NCBI GenBank assembly: GCA_963845535.1
Contig: CAWJSK010000015.1
Coordinates: 128,001 to 192,000, forward strand
DNA length: 64,000 nt
Direction of reading: 5' to 3'
DNA from: an uncultured Spirochaetota bacterium
GTDB taxonomy: Bacteria > Spirochaetota > Spirochaetia > SZUA-6 > Fen-1364
A program made the translations under genes and the position numbers. This document shows, in pieces, positions 17,846 to 28,339 of this stretch (position 1 is its first letter; each line of letters opens with the position of its first letter). The notes beneath the pieces were generated by a model. That model was not told the origin of the DNA. It saw nothing but the letters and a program-made list of their open reading frames with translations, and did not search any database.

Positions 17846-18769
17846 ATGCCGCAGCCCGCGCTTCGGGGACTTGTAGGCCGATTCTTCGGCTTGTCCCGGA
17901 TGAGCCACTCCATCCTCGACATCCCTTACCTTGCTGTGGCGGCGCTTCTGGCAATCGGCGGGCTGCCATCCCTTCGGACCATCGCCCTGGGGCTTGTGGC
18001 GGCGTTCGCCGGCCTGACCGCGATATTCGGCCTCAACGACATGCTGGACCGCAACGTGGACGCCCAGAAGATGAAGGACCTCATCGGGAAGCCCGTTGCG
18101 TTCGACCTTGATTCGCTGGGCTTCCGCCATCCGGTGGCGCAGGGAAAGCTTTCTTTTGAAGCCGGGCTCGCGTGGGTCATTTTCTGGAGCGTCCTGTCGC
18201 TCGTCACGGCGTGGCTTGTCAGGCCGGTGTGTGCCGTGCTGCTCGTTGCCGCGGCGGGTCTGGAGGCCGCCTACTGCGGTCTTCTTCGCGTCACCCCGTT
18301 GAAGACGGTTCTCTCGGGGTGCAATGTCGCCGTCGGCGGCCTTGCCGGGCTGTACGCCGTTGCCCTGGCTCCTTCGCCCGGCCTTGTTCTTCTCTATTTT
18401 CTCTGGGCCCTTTCGTGGGAGATGGGCTGCCGCAACATGCCGAATGACTGGGTCGACTACAACGAGGACGTGGCCCTTGGAATAAAGACCATTGCCGTCC
18501 GTTTCGGTCTCTCCCGCGCCGCCAGGATCTCATTTGCCACGATGACCATCACCGTGATCTCTACGGCGCTTTTTCCAGTCATGTCGCCAATTCCCCACTG
18601 GCCTTTGTATGAGCTGGTCTCCCTGGGTGCCGCTGCCTGCCTGCTCGTCATCCCATCCATCGCGTGGCTGATGGACCTGCGAAGGACCTCAGCCCTGGTG
18701 TTTTTCAACAGGGCCTGCTTCTACCCGCTCGCCGTCTTTGCGGCCCTTGGTCTGGCAATGGCTGTTTGA
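17846..18769 (+). CDS. UbiA-family prenyltransferase
   Basis: Multi-TM protein with LNDMLDRNVD, RHPVAQG and NDWVDYNED Asp-rich motifs. Confidence 0.9.
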   Translation: MPQPALRGLVGRFFGLSRMSHSILDIPYLAVAALLAIGGLPSLRTIALGLVAAFAGLTAIFGLNDMLDRNVDAQKMKDLIGKPVAFDLDSLGFRHPVAQGKLSFEAGLAWVIFWSVLSLVTAWLVRPVCAVLLVAAAGLEAAYCGLLRVTPLKTVLSGCNVAVGGLAGLYAVALAPSPGLVLLYFLWALSWEMGCRNMPNDWVDYNEDVALGIKTIAVRFGLSRAARISFATMTITVISTALFPVMSPIPHWPLYELVSLGAAACLLVIPSIAWLMDLRRTSALVFFNRACFYPLAVFAALGLAMAV

Positions 18770-18856
18770 CCCGAGCAAGACGTTGGCTTGGCTGTGTAGG
18801 AGTGGCTCGATAAACAACAGGTGGACATGATAAGAGAAGCAAGTATAATTCCCATC

Positions 18857-18973
18857 ATGCTAAAAGGTGGTCATGGGTCGCAACTCGGGGCGTCCGACGA
18901 GGTATTTGACTTCCTGAAAGATCCGGCCGAATATATTTACATACTGACCGACGGGAAGCCTCTCAGTGGGTAA
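18857..18973 (+). pseudogene. 38-aa ORF resembling the C-terminal tail of a small antitoxin-like protein (remnant)
   Basis: MLKGGHGSQLGASDEVFDFLKDPAEYIYILTDGKPLSG*. The FDFLKDPxExIY.L.DGKP tail recalls DUF2281-like putative antitoxins (from memory). TGGACA-N16-TATAAT lies upstream. Confidence 0.35.
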
Positions 18974-18996
18974 GGGGAAGGCTGTCCTTTTAGAAG

Positions 18997-19025
18997 TTGA
19001 CAAAATTGTCGTTCTATTCGATACT
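18997..19025 (+). promoter_or_regulatory. sigma70-like promoter of the NYN gene
   Basis: TTGACA (18997-19002), 17-nt spacer, GATACT (19020-19025). Confidence 0.55.
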
Positions 19026-19055
19026 CCTGTTGAAAGCATTATTCTGGTATCTGCC

Positions 19056-19098
19056 CCCCGCTGGACCAGCCTTCGGGCCTCTGGCGGGGTTGTTTTTT
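19056..19098 (+). terminator. leader hairpin with cUUCGg tetraloop and U-tract upstream of the NYN gene (attenuator or ncRNA)
   Basis: CCCCGCTGGA pairs with TCTGGCGGGG (two G-U pairs); apical GCC-TTCG-GGC; followed by TTGTTTTTT, 12 nt before ATG 19111. Confidence 0.7.
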
Positions 19099-19110
19099 GT
19101 AGGGCAGCAC

Positions 19111-19746
19111 ATGCCAGCTGAGCCGACGACAAAACGTGCTATCGCCTTCTTCGACGGTCAGAACCTATTTTATGCGGCCAAAGAGGCTTTCGGCTATTCA
19201 TATCCCAACTATGACCCGAAACTCTTGGCAGAAAGAATTTGCGCCTCCGAAGGCTGGACGGTGGCCGGCATTCACTTTTACACGGGAGTCCCATCCCCCG
19301 GTGACAAGCCCGACTGGAACTACTTCTGGACGGCGAAGATGGCCGTTATGGGGACCCGAGGAATCCAGACCTTCTCACGATTTCTCCGCTACCGAAATCA
19401 GACAGTCTCTCTTCCTGACGGCACTCCTGCCGTGACCCTGGTAGGGCAGGAGAAGGGTGTCGACGTGCGCATTGCTCTGGACATCGTTCGATTCGCTCTT
19501 GATGGCAAGTACGACGTCGCTCTGATCTTCAGCCAGGATCAAGACCTCTCGGAAGCTGTCGAGGATGTGAAAAAGATCTCTGTTCTTCAAAACCGCTGGA
19601 TCAAGCCGGCCTGCGCCTTCCCGGCGAGCCCTACAGTCCCGAAGACTCGTGGCGTCAATGGAACGGAATGGATCCGCATCGATCGCGCCACATATGACGC
19701 TTGCATCGATCCGAATGACTACAGGCCGAAGAGGGTGCATCGGTGA
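19111..19746 (+). CDS. NYN (LabA/DUF88, PIN-like) ribonuclease
   Basis: FFDGQNLF, QEKGVDVRIALD and FSQDQDL acidic catalytic motifs. Confidence 0.92.
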   Translation: MPAEPTTKRAIAFFDGQNLFYAAKEAFGYSYPNYDPKLLAERICASEGWTVAGIHFYTGVPSPGDKPDWNYFWTAKMAVMGTRGIQTFSRFLRYRNQTVSLPDGTPAVTLVGQEKGVDVRIALDIVRFALDGKYDVALIFSQDQDLSEAVEDVKKISVLQNRWIKPACAFPASPTVPKTRGVNGTEWIRIDRATYDACIDPNDYRPKRVHR

Positions 19747-19888
19747 GCGCCGATCACGGGATTGAGGCGGAATATATGGCATTCATGCGCGAGTCGGCAC
19801 TCGCCGACGAGCAGAAAGTAGTCTCCAGGCTCATGCGGCACTTGCGCTTTGTGGATCAAGTCTCGAAAAACGATAGTCCGGCCCTCAT

Positions 19889-22224
19889 ATGAAGCAGATC
19901 ACGGAAGAGTCCATTGCCCTCCTTGCCGTCCCGCGGCAGGAAATAATCGACAGGATCGCTCGGGACCTGGACGTTAAGCCCTCCCAGGTTTCAGCGGTGG
20001 ATGGCCTCGTCAACGAAGGGTGCACGGTCCCCTTCATTGCGCGCTATCGCAAGGAGAAGACGGGGAGTCTGGACGAGGTCCAGGTCCGCGAGATTTCTCG
20101 CCGGGTGGTCTCCTACACCAACCTGGAGACGCGTCGGAATGAGACCATTCGAGGCATCTTTTCCCAGGGGAAGCTTGATGAAGAGCTTTTGGGAAATCTT
20201 CGCAAATGTTCGACGCTGTCGGAGTTGGAAGACATCTACGCGCCGTTCAAGAAGAAGAAAAAGACCCGGGGCATGATTGCGCGGGAAAAGGGCCTCGAGC
20301 CGCTTGCCGAGATCATGCGCACACAGGGGGAAGCGAGCGTCCTTTCCCGGGCCCCGGAGTTCGTGCACGTGGATGAGGAGAACGCCGAGCTTTCCGTGTC
20401 CAGTCCGCAGGAGGCGCTGCAGGGCGCAATGGATATTCTTGCTGACAGCGTGGCGCAGGATCCGGACAATCGCGCGGTTGTCAAATCGCTCTACGTTCGC
20501 AGCGGACGGGTTGTCGTCAAAGGTATTGGAGACGACGAAAAGAAGGCGCAATCCGTCTACCAGATGTACTGGAGCTACTCAGAACCTTTGTCCACCCTCA
20601 GGGCGCATCGCGTGCTGGCCATAAATCGTGGCGAACGCGAAGGGGCGCTGGAGGTGAAAATCGAAGTGGATGAAGAGGCCGCATGCGCGCTCCTGCGCGC
20701 GCGTATCGAGCCGAAGAACAGGTTCCACGGGGAGGCCATTGATGACGGCCTGCGCCGACTGCTTTCGCCGGCGGTGCTGCGTGAGGTCCGCGTGGATGCC
20801 GGAAGCAGCGCGGACGAGCACGGCCGGAGCGTGTTCAGTGAGAATCTGAAGAACCTCCTCATGTCGCCGCCGCTTTCGGGGACACGGGTCCTGGGCATGG
20901 ACCCGGGCATCCGCACAGGAACCAAGTGTGCGGCCATGGATGAAACAGGAAAGCTCCTGGGCCACTTCGTCTTCAATCAAGAGCGCGATCCGGAGGGCGC
21001 CAAAAAGGCCATTACGGCGGCCGTGGAAAAGTACATGGTGCAGCTCATCGCCGTTGGCAACGGTACCGCAAGCCAGCAGGTCCAGGCCGTGGTGGCCCAG
21101 GCCATTGCTGAAAGCTCCCGTGACGTGAAGTTTACGGTGGTGGACGAGGATGGCGCATCAGTGTATTCGGCAAGCGATGTGGCCCGGGAAGAGTTTCCCG
21201 ATCTGGACCTGACCGTCCGCGGGGCCATCAGCATTGGCCGGCGGCTTCAGGACCCTCTTGCGGAGCTGGTCAAGATCGACCCGAAATCCATCGGGGTAGG
21301 CCTGTATCAGCATGACCTCAACCAGAAGAAACTCTCGGAGTCACTGGACGAGGTGGTGGAATCCGTCGTGAACAGGGTCGGTGTCAGCATCAACACCGCT
21401 TCGGCGTCGCTTCTCAAGTACGTCTCTGGCGTGAATGCGACGCTTTCCAGGAAGATCGTCCAATTCCGTGAGGAGTCAGGGAAGATTCTTTCCCGTGACC
21501 AGCTCCGCAAGATTCCCGGCATGGGTCCCAAGACTTTCGAACAATGCGCAGGGTTCCTCAAGATTCCGGAGAGCCCGAACCCGCTGGACAATACCTGGGT
21601 GCATCCGGAGAACTACACGCTCGCGGCGGAGATCCTTCCCATGGTGAAGTCCGGCGCGGGCCTTTCTGATGAGAAACGCGCGGATCTTCAATCCCGGTTC
21701 GGCGTCGGAACGACTACTCTCACGGATATCATCAGCGAGCTGGCAAAGCCCAACCGTGATCCTCGGGAGGAATACCCGAAGCCCATCCTCCAGCAGGGAG
21801 TGCTTGCGTTCGAGGACCTCTCCGAGGGCATGCGCGTCACTGGCAAGGTGAAGAATGTGGTGGACTTCGGCGCTTTCGTGGACATCGGGATCAAGGAAAC
21901 GGGCCTTCTTCATATCTCGGAGATGAGCACACGCTTCATTGAGGACCCGATGGAGCTCCTCAAGGTGGGGGATGTCAAGGAGTTTCGGATCATCGGTCTT
22001 GATGTGACGCGGCGCCGCATCAGCTTGAGCCTCAAGCCTCCGGCATCGCCCACGCAGGAGAAGCAGGAAGCGGCGGCCGGCTCGGAAACGCCGCGGCCTC
22101 CAAAGGCCATGAAGCCCCGGAAGTCTCCAGGCGGCAAACCGAGCCCGGCAGCCGAGCCGGCGGGCACGGTGATGGCACAGTCTACAATCCTTTCGCCGAT
22201 CTGCTGCGCAAGAAGGAAGAATAG
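19889..22224 (+). CDS. tex: Tex RNA-binding transcriptional accessory protein; frameshift near 22140-22170
   Basis: TVPFIARYRKEKTG, MDPGIRTGTK, ISIGRRLQDPLAELVKIDPKSIGVGLYQHD and an S1 domain. A plausible C-terminus DGTVYNPFADLLRKKEE* lies in another frame, ending at 22224. Confidence 0.92.
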
Positions 22225-22241
22225 GGCATACTCAAGCCGTC

Positions 22242-23057
22242 ATGGCGGCTACACAGTTCGACCTTTCGGGCAGAGTTGCCCTGGTGACGGGGGCCAGCAG
22301 GGGCCTTGGCCAGTACTTCGGCCGCGCACTGGCGCGCGCTGGCGCGGACCTCATCATCACGAGCAGGCATGTCTCCGCGCTCGAGGATTTTCGCGCGGAG
22401 ATCGAGGCGCTGGGGCGCACGGCAATCCCGCTGGAGCTCGACGTGCGTGACCATGACAGCATCCAGCGCATGGCCGCCTCCGCGAAGAACGTCTTCGGCA
22501 AGGTCGACATCCTCGTCAACAATGCGGGCTGCAACGTGAGAAAGCGCGCGCTGGAGGTGACGTGGGATGATTGGAACCTCATCCTGGAGACCAACCTGAG
22601 AGGATCATTCTTCGTGGCCCAGGCCGTTGCGCGGATCATGATAGAGCGGCGCTACGGCCGCATCATCAACATAGGCTCTGAAACCTCAGTAGCGGGCTAC
22701 GCAGGTCTTGCTCCGTACGGCGCGAGCCGCGGCGGGGTCAAGCAGATGACCATGAGCCTTGCGCACGACTGGGGCGAATACGGGATAACAGTCAACTGTC
22801 TGGCGCCGGGCTGGTTCAAAACCGTCCAGAACGCCGTGATGTACCAGGATGCCGGATGGGTGGAGTACCTCTCCGAGCGGATCCCCCTTGGGCGTCCCGG
22901 CGCGCCGAATGACCTGGACGGCGCGGTGGTCTTCCTTGCCTCCGAAGAGAGCCGGTATGTGACGGGGCAGACACTCCTGGTGGACGGCGGAATTTCCGTT
23001 GGCGCGCTCAGGGCGCTGCCGAATAGACCGCAATCTCCTCCGTCGACTGGTTCGTAG
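22242..23057 (+). CDS. SDR oxidoreductase (gluconate 5-dehydrogenase/KduD-like)
   Basis: TGASRGLG, NNAG, YGASR (YxxxR variant) and TGQTLLVDGG. Confidence 0.9.
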   Translation: MAATQFDLSGRVALVTGASRGLGQYFGRALARAGADLIITSRHVSALEDFRAEIEALGRTAIPLELDVRDHDSIQRMAASAKNVFGKVDILVNNAGCNVRKRALEVTWDDWNLILETNLRGSFFVAQAVARIMIERRYGRIINIGSETSVAGYAGLAPYGASRGGVKQMTMSLAHDWGEYGITVNCLAPGWFKTVQNAVMYQDAGWVEYLSERIPLGRPGAPNDLDGAVVFLASEESRYVTGQTLLVDGGISVGALRALPNRPQSPPSTGS

Positions 23058-24051
23058 AAAAGACGAGCTCCTCGCCGCGGCTGCGCAGGATCAGCATGTT
23101 CGCAGCGCCCACTCCGGAGTCGATGACCGTCCGGGATGGCTGGCCAAGCCTGATTGCGCGCGCAGGACCGCCTTGCGGGAACTGGAAAGCGAGCAGCTCA
23201 CGCGCGCCGGCCCGGTTGCTGACCAGGATTGTGGGGGCGCCAACCAGGCTCCCTGCCAGCAGGCCGTGGCCGAATGATAGCTCACCCTCCCAGGCAATTT
23301 CCCACTTTGCCGCAGCCTGCTTGTACACTCGCAGCGCGTCCCCGTGGAAAGGCTCGATCGTAACGAGCTCGTCCTCTCCGTCGCCATCGACGTCAGAAAC
23401 GGCAATCTCGCTCACCTCTTTTTCAATGATCGGGGAAAACGCCCACGCTGCGTCTTGACGTTCGAGGTCCGCCGCGAACAACCCCTCTGTCCCGGAGATG
23501 AGAAGCGATTTACAACCCTGGAAACCCGTGACAAGAAGCCCATGATTGCGGTGGATCCCCTCCAGAATCGGGAAGAGCAGCCAGCCCTCGCCGCCTGCCT
23601 CGGCATCGCGGCCGCATAGACGCTCCCCGGTTTGGACCAGTCTGACGGGTCGCTTTTGTCAGCCGCGAGGGACGCGGCCACCAGATAGCGGGTGCCCGCC
23701 GCGCGTTACGAAGTCGATCCGATGGGCAAAGGGCAACCCGATGATCTTTGCGGAGACCCAGCGCCCCGCTTCCCGCCGGAGGCGGTAAATGGCTCCGGTC
23801 TGGAACTTGTAGCCGGGGAAGCACCCCATGATTGCATACAATTCCCCGGGCTGCCCAGGGCCCGCAACGAGGGCCATGCATCCGCCCGGGCCGGGGGCAA
23901 TTCCCACGGCCTCTTCATAGGGCGGGGCGGCAAGCAGGATGGGGCCATGGTCCTCCGTGGAGCTGACCACGCAGGGAGCGCCATCCAGCATGACGACGCC
24001 GAGCGGGTAGGGCGCCTTCAACGTTGCAAGGACACGCTTGGTGAGCTTCAT
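23008..24051 (-). CDS. FG-GAP/beta-propeller-like hypothetical protein with two apparent frameshifts (about 23690 and 23575)
   Basis: Three consecutive frame pieces form one plausible protein: MKLTKRVL...LPFAHRIDF / AADKSDPSDWSKPG / GIHRNHGL...DVDGDGEDELVTIEPFHG. Confidence 0.6.
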
Positions 24052-24173
24052 CCGAGAATCGTGCACGGAAGAAGCGCCCCGCGGCAAGGGACCGGGACGG
24101 GCGGGGGAGCCACGGCGAGGGTGAAAGGGAGCGAGTGGCGCGCATAAGTTTCCATGAGTATGATAGTAGAGAC

Positions 24174-25046
24174 ATGGCCGAAGAAGCAGGTTTCGTTGGG
24201 CTCGGCGTTATGGGCGGCGCAATGGCGGCGAATCTAGCCAGAGGATATCGTGTTGCCGGCTTTGACGTGGACGCGTCGCGGTTTCGCGGGCTCGCAGGGG
24301 TGACCCAGGCGAAGTCCCTGGAGGAGCTTGCCAGGCGCTCCACGGTGATCTGCCTTTCCCTTCCGGATGCGAAAGTCGTGGAGCAGGTAACACTCGGAGA
24401 CGGCGGGCTGGTTCACTGCCTGGCGGAAGGCTCGCTGGTCATAGACCTGAGCACAAGCATGCCGGCCGTGTCGCGCCGGATTGCCGCGCGCCTGGCAGAG
24501 AAGCGCGTCCAGTTTGCCGACGCTCCGGTGAGCGGAGGGGAAGCGGGTGCCAAGGCAGCCACCCTTGCCATCATGGTGGGCGCGGATGCCGCCACCTTCG
24601 AGCGGTGCAAGCCCATCCTGTCCGCCATGGGCAAGACCGTTGTCCGCGTCGGGGATCCAGGGGCCGGCAACGTGGCGAAGCTCGTCAACAACATGATCGT
24701 GGCTTCCGCGTTCGCCGTGATTGCGGAAGGGTTCGCGCTTGCCGCAGAGAATAAGGTGGACCTTCAGCTCCTGTATGAAGCAATCCGCGAGGGATGGGCC
24801 GGCTCCAAGGTGCTGGACACGAGCGTGCCCGCCATGGTGGCCCGTGACTACACCCCGGGCGGGACCGTCAACATGATGGAGAAGGACCTCGGGTACGCAC
24901 GTTCCCTGGCCGCGGAGAGCCGCGTCCCCATTCCCATGACGGCCGCCGCGCATGAGGTGTTTGTTGCCGGCCAGGCCGCGGGCAAGGGGCCGCAGTCCCA
25001 ACCCGTCATCATTGAGCTGTGGCGCGAGAGAAGGGGACAAACGTGA
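24174..25046 (+). CDS. NAD(P)-dependent beta-hydroxyacid dehydrogenase (tartronate semialdehyde reductase/3-HIBADH family)
   Basis: GFVGLGVMG, DAPVSGG, KLVNN and KDL motifs. Confidence 0.92.
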   Translation: MAEEAGFVGLGVMGGAMAANLARGYRVAGFDVDASRFRGLAGVTQAKSLEELARRSTVICLSLPDAKVVEQVTLGDGGLVHCLAEGSLVIDLSTSMPAVSRRIAARLAEKRVQFADAPVSGGEAGAKAATLAIMVGADAATFERCKPILSAMGKTVVRVGDPGAGNVAKLVNNMIVASAFAVIAEGFALAAENKVDLQLLYEAIREGWAGSKVLDTSVPAMVARDYTPGGTVNMMEKDLGYARSLAAESRVPIPMTAAAHEVFVAGQAAGKGPQSQPVIIELWRERRGQT

Positions 25047-25495
25047 CCATCGCGCTGGGCGCGGACGACGCCGCCTACGAGCTCAAGGAGCTCATCAAGC
25101 GGCACCTGGAAGAGCTGCACGTCGAAGTCACGGACTACGGCGTTTTCGACACGCGCCCGTCCCTGTACCCTGACATCGCGTTCGCCGTGGCGGTAGCGAT
25201 CTCGGAGGGCAAGCACGAGCGCGGCATCCTCATGTGCGGGACGGGCCTTGGCATGGCCATTACCGCGAACAAGGTTCCCGGTGTGCGAGCCGCAACCTGC
25301 CATGACACGTATTCGGCCGAGCGGGCGCGAAAGAGCAACAACGCGCAGATCCTCACCATGGGGGCACGGGTCATAGGACCCGAGCTGGCAAAGACTGTGG
25401 TGGACGCGTGGCTGAAGTCCGAGTTCCAGGGCGGAGGCTCCACGGCGAAGGTGGAGCGCATCTCGGAGTATGAGAAGAGGTTCCTGAAAAAGTAG
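25043..25495 (+). CDS. rpiB: RpiB/LacAB sugar-phosphate isomerase (possibly DerI-like)
   Basis: CGTGLGMAITANKVPGVRAA and ARKSNNAQIL; GADDAA in place of the usual DHAG. Confidence 0.88.
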   Translation: MTIALGADDAAYELKELIKRHLEELHVEVTDYGVFDTRPSLYPDIAFAVAVAISEGKHERGILMCGTGLGMAITANKVPGVRAATCHDTYSAERARKSNNAQILTMGARVIGPELAKTVVDAWLKSEFQGGGSTAKVERISEYEKRFLKK

Positions 25496-25515
25496 CGCGA
25501 CGCGGCTCAGCGCAG

Positions 25516-25962
25516 CTATGGACGGGAAGACACTTGCGTCAAAGCGTGGCTTGCCGCATCACGCACGTCGGCACTCTTGTCTTTGCATGCATCTTGGAGG
25601 GCCGGGAAAGCGCTTTTCCCACCAACAGCGCTCAGGCCCCAGGCAGCGTTCGTGCGAAGTCTTTCATCAGGGTCTTTCAGGGCACCAGTCAAGGCGCTTA
25701 CAGCAGCGTCACGATATTGGACATTTGTAATACGTGAGCCAATCTTGTAGATGACCCAAGCCGAAATACGGCGAGCGCCTCTATTCTTGTCGGTACAAGC
25801 CTGCTTGATGACATCCAGAAGATAGGGAACAGCTTCTTGGCTGGCGTTGTACAGGGCCGCTTCTGCTTGCGACCGCTGGTTCCAGTCGTCGTTGAGCAAA
25901 TCCTCTACAAGCTGCTTTTCATTTGCCACTTCGGTCTCCTTTTTTAGTACTTCTTTTTGCAT
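25516..25962 (-). CDS. HEAT-repeat protein
   Basis: ALKDPDERLRTNAAWGL and ACKDKSADVRDAASHAL repeats; AT-richer codons. Confidence 0.8.
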   Translation of the reverse strand: MQKEVLKKETEVANEKQLVEDLLNDDWNQRSQAEAALYNASQEAVPYLLDVIKQACTDKNRGARRISAWVIYKIGSRITNVQYRDAAVSALTGALKDPDERLRTNAAWGLSAVGGKSAFPALQDACKDKSADVRDAASHALTQVSSRP

Positions 25963-26016
25963 GACCCATACGAGCCCAACGCAAAGAAAGCGTTTTCAGG
26001 CCGGTGTTTCCTCCTT

Positions 26017-26676
26017 TCATAGTCTCCCTCGGATGTCGAACACAATCATCAACCGTTGATCATCGGTAGACGCGGGCGGATTCGGACTGTTGAAATCGTT
26101 CACATTCGCCGGCGAATACAGGTAGCGAATCTGGATCCCCCAGGAGTCACGGGAATGGTTGAAGGGGAAGTGCACTCCCGCGGATGCGTACGCACCCCAT
26201 CCAAATGTCCAGCGGGCGGAGTAATCCACGGCATCAATTCCGAGCTCCATTTCCCCCTGCCTGAAAACCCCACCCCCAAGGTTGAGCACCACCGAGTCGC
26301 CGAAGGACGAGGTAATGCGCGGTCCGAGCAAGATGGCGAGATACAATCCACCCCACGGAGTTTCCGTGCTCGTGTTGCCATAGCTGTCTTGCACGAGAAC
26401 CGGCATCTTCATAGCATCCGTCATTCCCGTTAACCCGCATATGGCCGTACTCTCAAGGCCGATATGGGAAATGATGTTGTACGCGGCGGAGAGCTCCACC
26501 TCGCCCCCATCTGTCCACACCGTCGTAATACCACCCATGGCATGGATGTACCCCGCACCGAGAGAGCCCTCGAAGCCGGGCTTGGACCATTCATCGCGAG
26601 CTTGCGCCGAAATGACTGCATGAGATAGAAGAAAGATTACCAGGGTGCACATGACCAGGGATGCCACTTTGCGCAT
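26017..26676 (-). CDS. secreted outer-membrane beta-barrel-like hypothetical protein
   Basis: Signal peptide; alternating Gly/aromatic beta strands (GAYASAGVHFP, WGIQIRYLY). Confidence 0.55.
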   Translation of the reverse strand: MRKVASLVMCTLVIFLLSHAVISAQARDEWSKPGFEGSLGAGYIHAMGGITTVWTDGGEVELSAAYNIISHIGLESTAICGLTGMTDAMKMPVLVQDSYGNTSTETPWGGLYLAILLGPRITSSFGDSVVLNLGGGVFRQGEMELGIDAVDYSARWTFGWGAYASAGVHFPFNHSRDSWGIQIRYLYSPANVNDFNSPNPPASTDDQRLMIVFDIRGRL

Positions 26677-26803
26677 GATCACATCCTTATTTTGACGATT
26701 CGTGGATTCGGAATGCGGGCATCCTATCCCAACCTTGAGTGTAGGACAAGCTCAGAAAACGACAGGTGCCTGTTGGCCGTTACAGGCGTATAGTACGACG
26801 ATT

Positions 26804-27577
26804 TCATCGCCCACCGGCCTGCCCAGCGGGACAGCGTTCTTGGCACTGGGCGAGTGCTTTACCGTATGACGATTTCAACCAGCCCTTCTCCGCCCAATAG
26901 CGATGCTCGAACTCCGTATGGTTGGATCCGTATTCCTGACTTGCGCGGTGGCTGCGGCGCGCGTGGTGCTTCATTATTTCAAAACAGATGATGTTGAAAA
27001 GCCTGGGCCTGATGCGCCTCCTCCCTTCCAAAATTGCTGCCACTTTTCCAGCAAGGGGAAGGAACTTGCTCTTGCAGTGCGCACGGTCCGGAAAGCACCC
27101 GGGCTGTTGGCCAATTCCGCGCACGTGCCCCACGACAATGCAGCCCATCATCGAGATTACTCCAGAAAGATACCTTTGAGTGGACCGCAGACCATCACCC
27201 CCCGTTGTGATCGCGGTTAAAGCCGGCTTTCCCAGCAGCCCGACCAGGTGTATCCACATGAAGGTCCGATCGAAAAACGCCTTCATCTGGGCAGAGATAT
27301 GCTGCTCATAGACGGGTGTCCCGAAGATCAGCAGGTCGGCTTCAAGGACCTTCTGTCGAAGCTCCGCCAGCGAGTCGTCTCTCCTGATGCACTTCCCTGT
27401 TCTCATGCATGCCCAGCAGCCATGGCAGAAATCGACCCGATTCTCACCAAGGGAAATCAGCTCCCATTCGACGTCAGCAGAGATCGTCGTCACTGATTCA
27501 AGAAAGTCCCTCGTCATCGTTGCAGTGTTGGACTTTGCATTGTTGGGGCTTCCGATTAAAGCCAGGATCTTTTTCAC
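26804..27577 (-). CDS. flavodoxin-fold iron-sulfur flavoprotein / NADPH-dependent FMN reductase
   Basis: GSP...SNT, CHGCWACMRTGKC, GTPVY and MKAFFDR. Confidence 0.9.
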   Translation of the reverse strand: MKKILALIGSPNNAKSNTATMTRDFLESVTTISADVEWELISLGENRVDFCHGCWACMRTGKCIRRDDSLAELRQKVLEADLLIFGTPVYEQHISAQMKAFFDRTFMWIHLVGLLGKPALTAITTGGDGLRSTQRYLSGVISMMGCIVVGHVRGIGQQPGCFPDRAHCKSKFLPLAGKVAAILEGRRRIRPRLFNIICFEIMKHHARRSHRASQEYGSNHTEFEHRYWAEKGWLKSSYGKALAQCQERCPAGQAGGR

Positions 27578-27604
27578 CCATTCCTTCTTTCAGGAACAAA
27601 ACAT

Positions 27605-27669
27605 GAGCTATAGCTCGTATTCTAGTACACCCACGGACGGGTGTTTGTCAACAAGGAGAGCTGTAGCTC
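27605..27669. promoter_or_regulatory. pair of palindromic operators, probable TetR sites
   Basis: GAGCTATAGCTC (27605-27616) and GAGCTGTAGCTC (27658-27669) between the divergent flavoprotein and TetR genes. Confidence 0.75.
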
Positions 27670-27682
27670 ATATTTGGCAGGA

Positions 27683-28309
27683 ATGATATCATCGACCAGA
27701 GAGCAAGCAGTGACTGGAAAAATCCGCGTGCCCAGGCAGTCACGGGCCATCCAGACCCGACAACAAATAATCGAGACGGCTATCGGCCTGTTCTCCCGAA
27801 AGGGATATTTCCAGACCAGCTCGAACGAGATATCGAAGGAGGCCGGAGCCGCTATCGGGAGCTTCTATGCCTATTTCAAGGACAAAAAGCAGGTCTTTCT
27901 CGCCGCCCTAGAACACTATTCCGATAAGGTCAACGCCTTGATTGACTCCGCCCTCATTCCACCGGATCTCCCCATGGAACAGGGAATGCAGCGCTTTCTG
28001 CAGAGTCTTCTTGATGCACACCGGATTTATCCGGACTTCCACCAGGAGGTGGAGGCCATGGCCATCTTTGACCCCGACGTGCGGGAAGTCATCCATGAGC
28101 AGGAAAAGATCGAGCTGAGGCGCACCCATGCGCTGCTTTTGTCATGGAAAGAAAGCTTGGGCGTCAAGGACCTCGAGCTGGCCGCGCTTGTCATCTACAA
28201 CCTTGTGCACGAAAACATCCACTTCATTGCCTTTCGCGAGCCGCGCCGCGACCCGAAGCCGATAATCACAGAGTTGGTGGTCATGATCCACAGGTATCTA
28301 TTTCGGTAA
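27683..28309 (+). CDS. TetR/AcrR-family regulator
   Basis: PRQSRAIQTRQQIIETA..LF...GY...EISKEAG.AIGSFYAYFKDK HTH. Confidence 0.93.
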   Translation: MISSTREQAVTGKIRVPRQSRAIQTRQQIIETAIGLFSRKGYFQTSSNEISKEAGAAIGSFYAYFKDKKQVFLAALEHYSDKVNALIDSALIPPDLPMEQGMQRFLQSLLDAHRIYPDFHQEVEAMAIFDPDVREVIHEQEKIELRRTHALLLSWKESLGVKDLELAALVIYNLVHENIHFIAFREPRRDPKPIITELVVMIHRYLFR

Positions 28310-28339
28310 CCTGAACGCCGCGGCATCTCCGGACAGTGT

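Noticed and set aside
22170..22450. Long C-terminal extension of Tex overlapping the SDR gene
   Set aside because: A plausible Tex terminus (YNPFADLL) lies in another frame ending at 22224; frameshift artefact.
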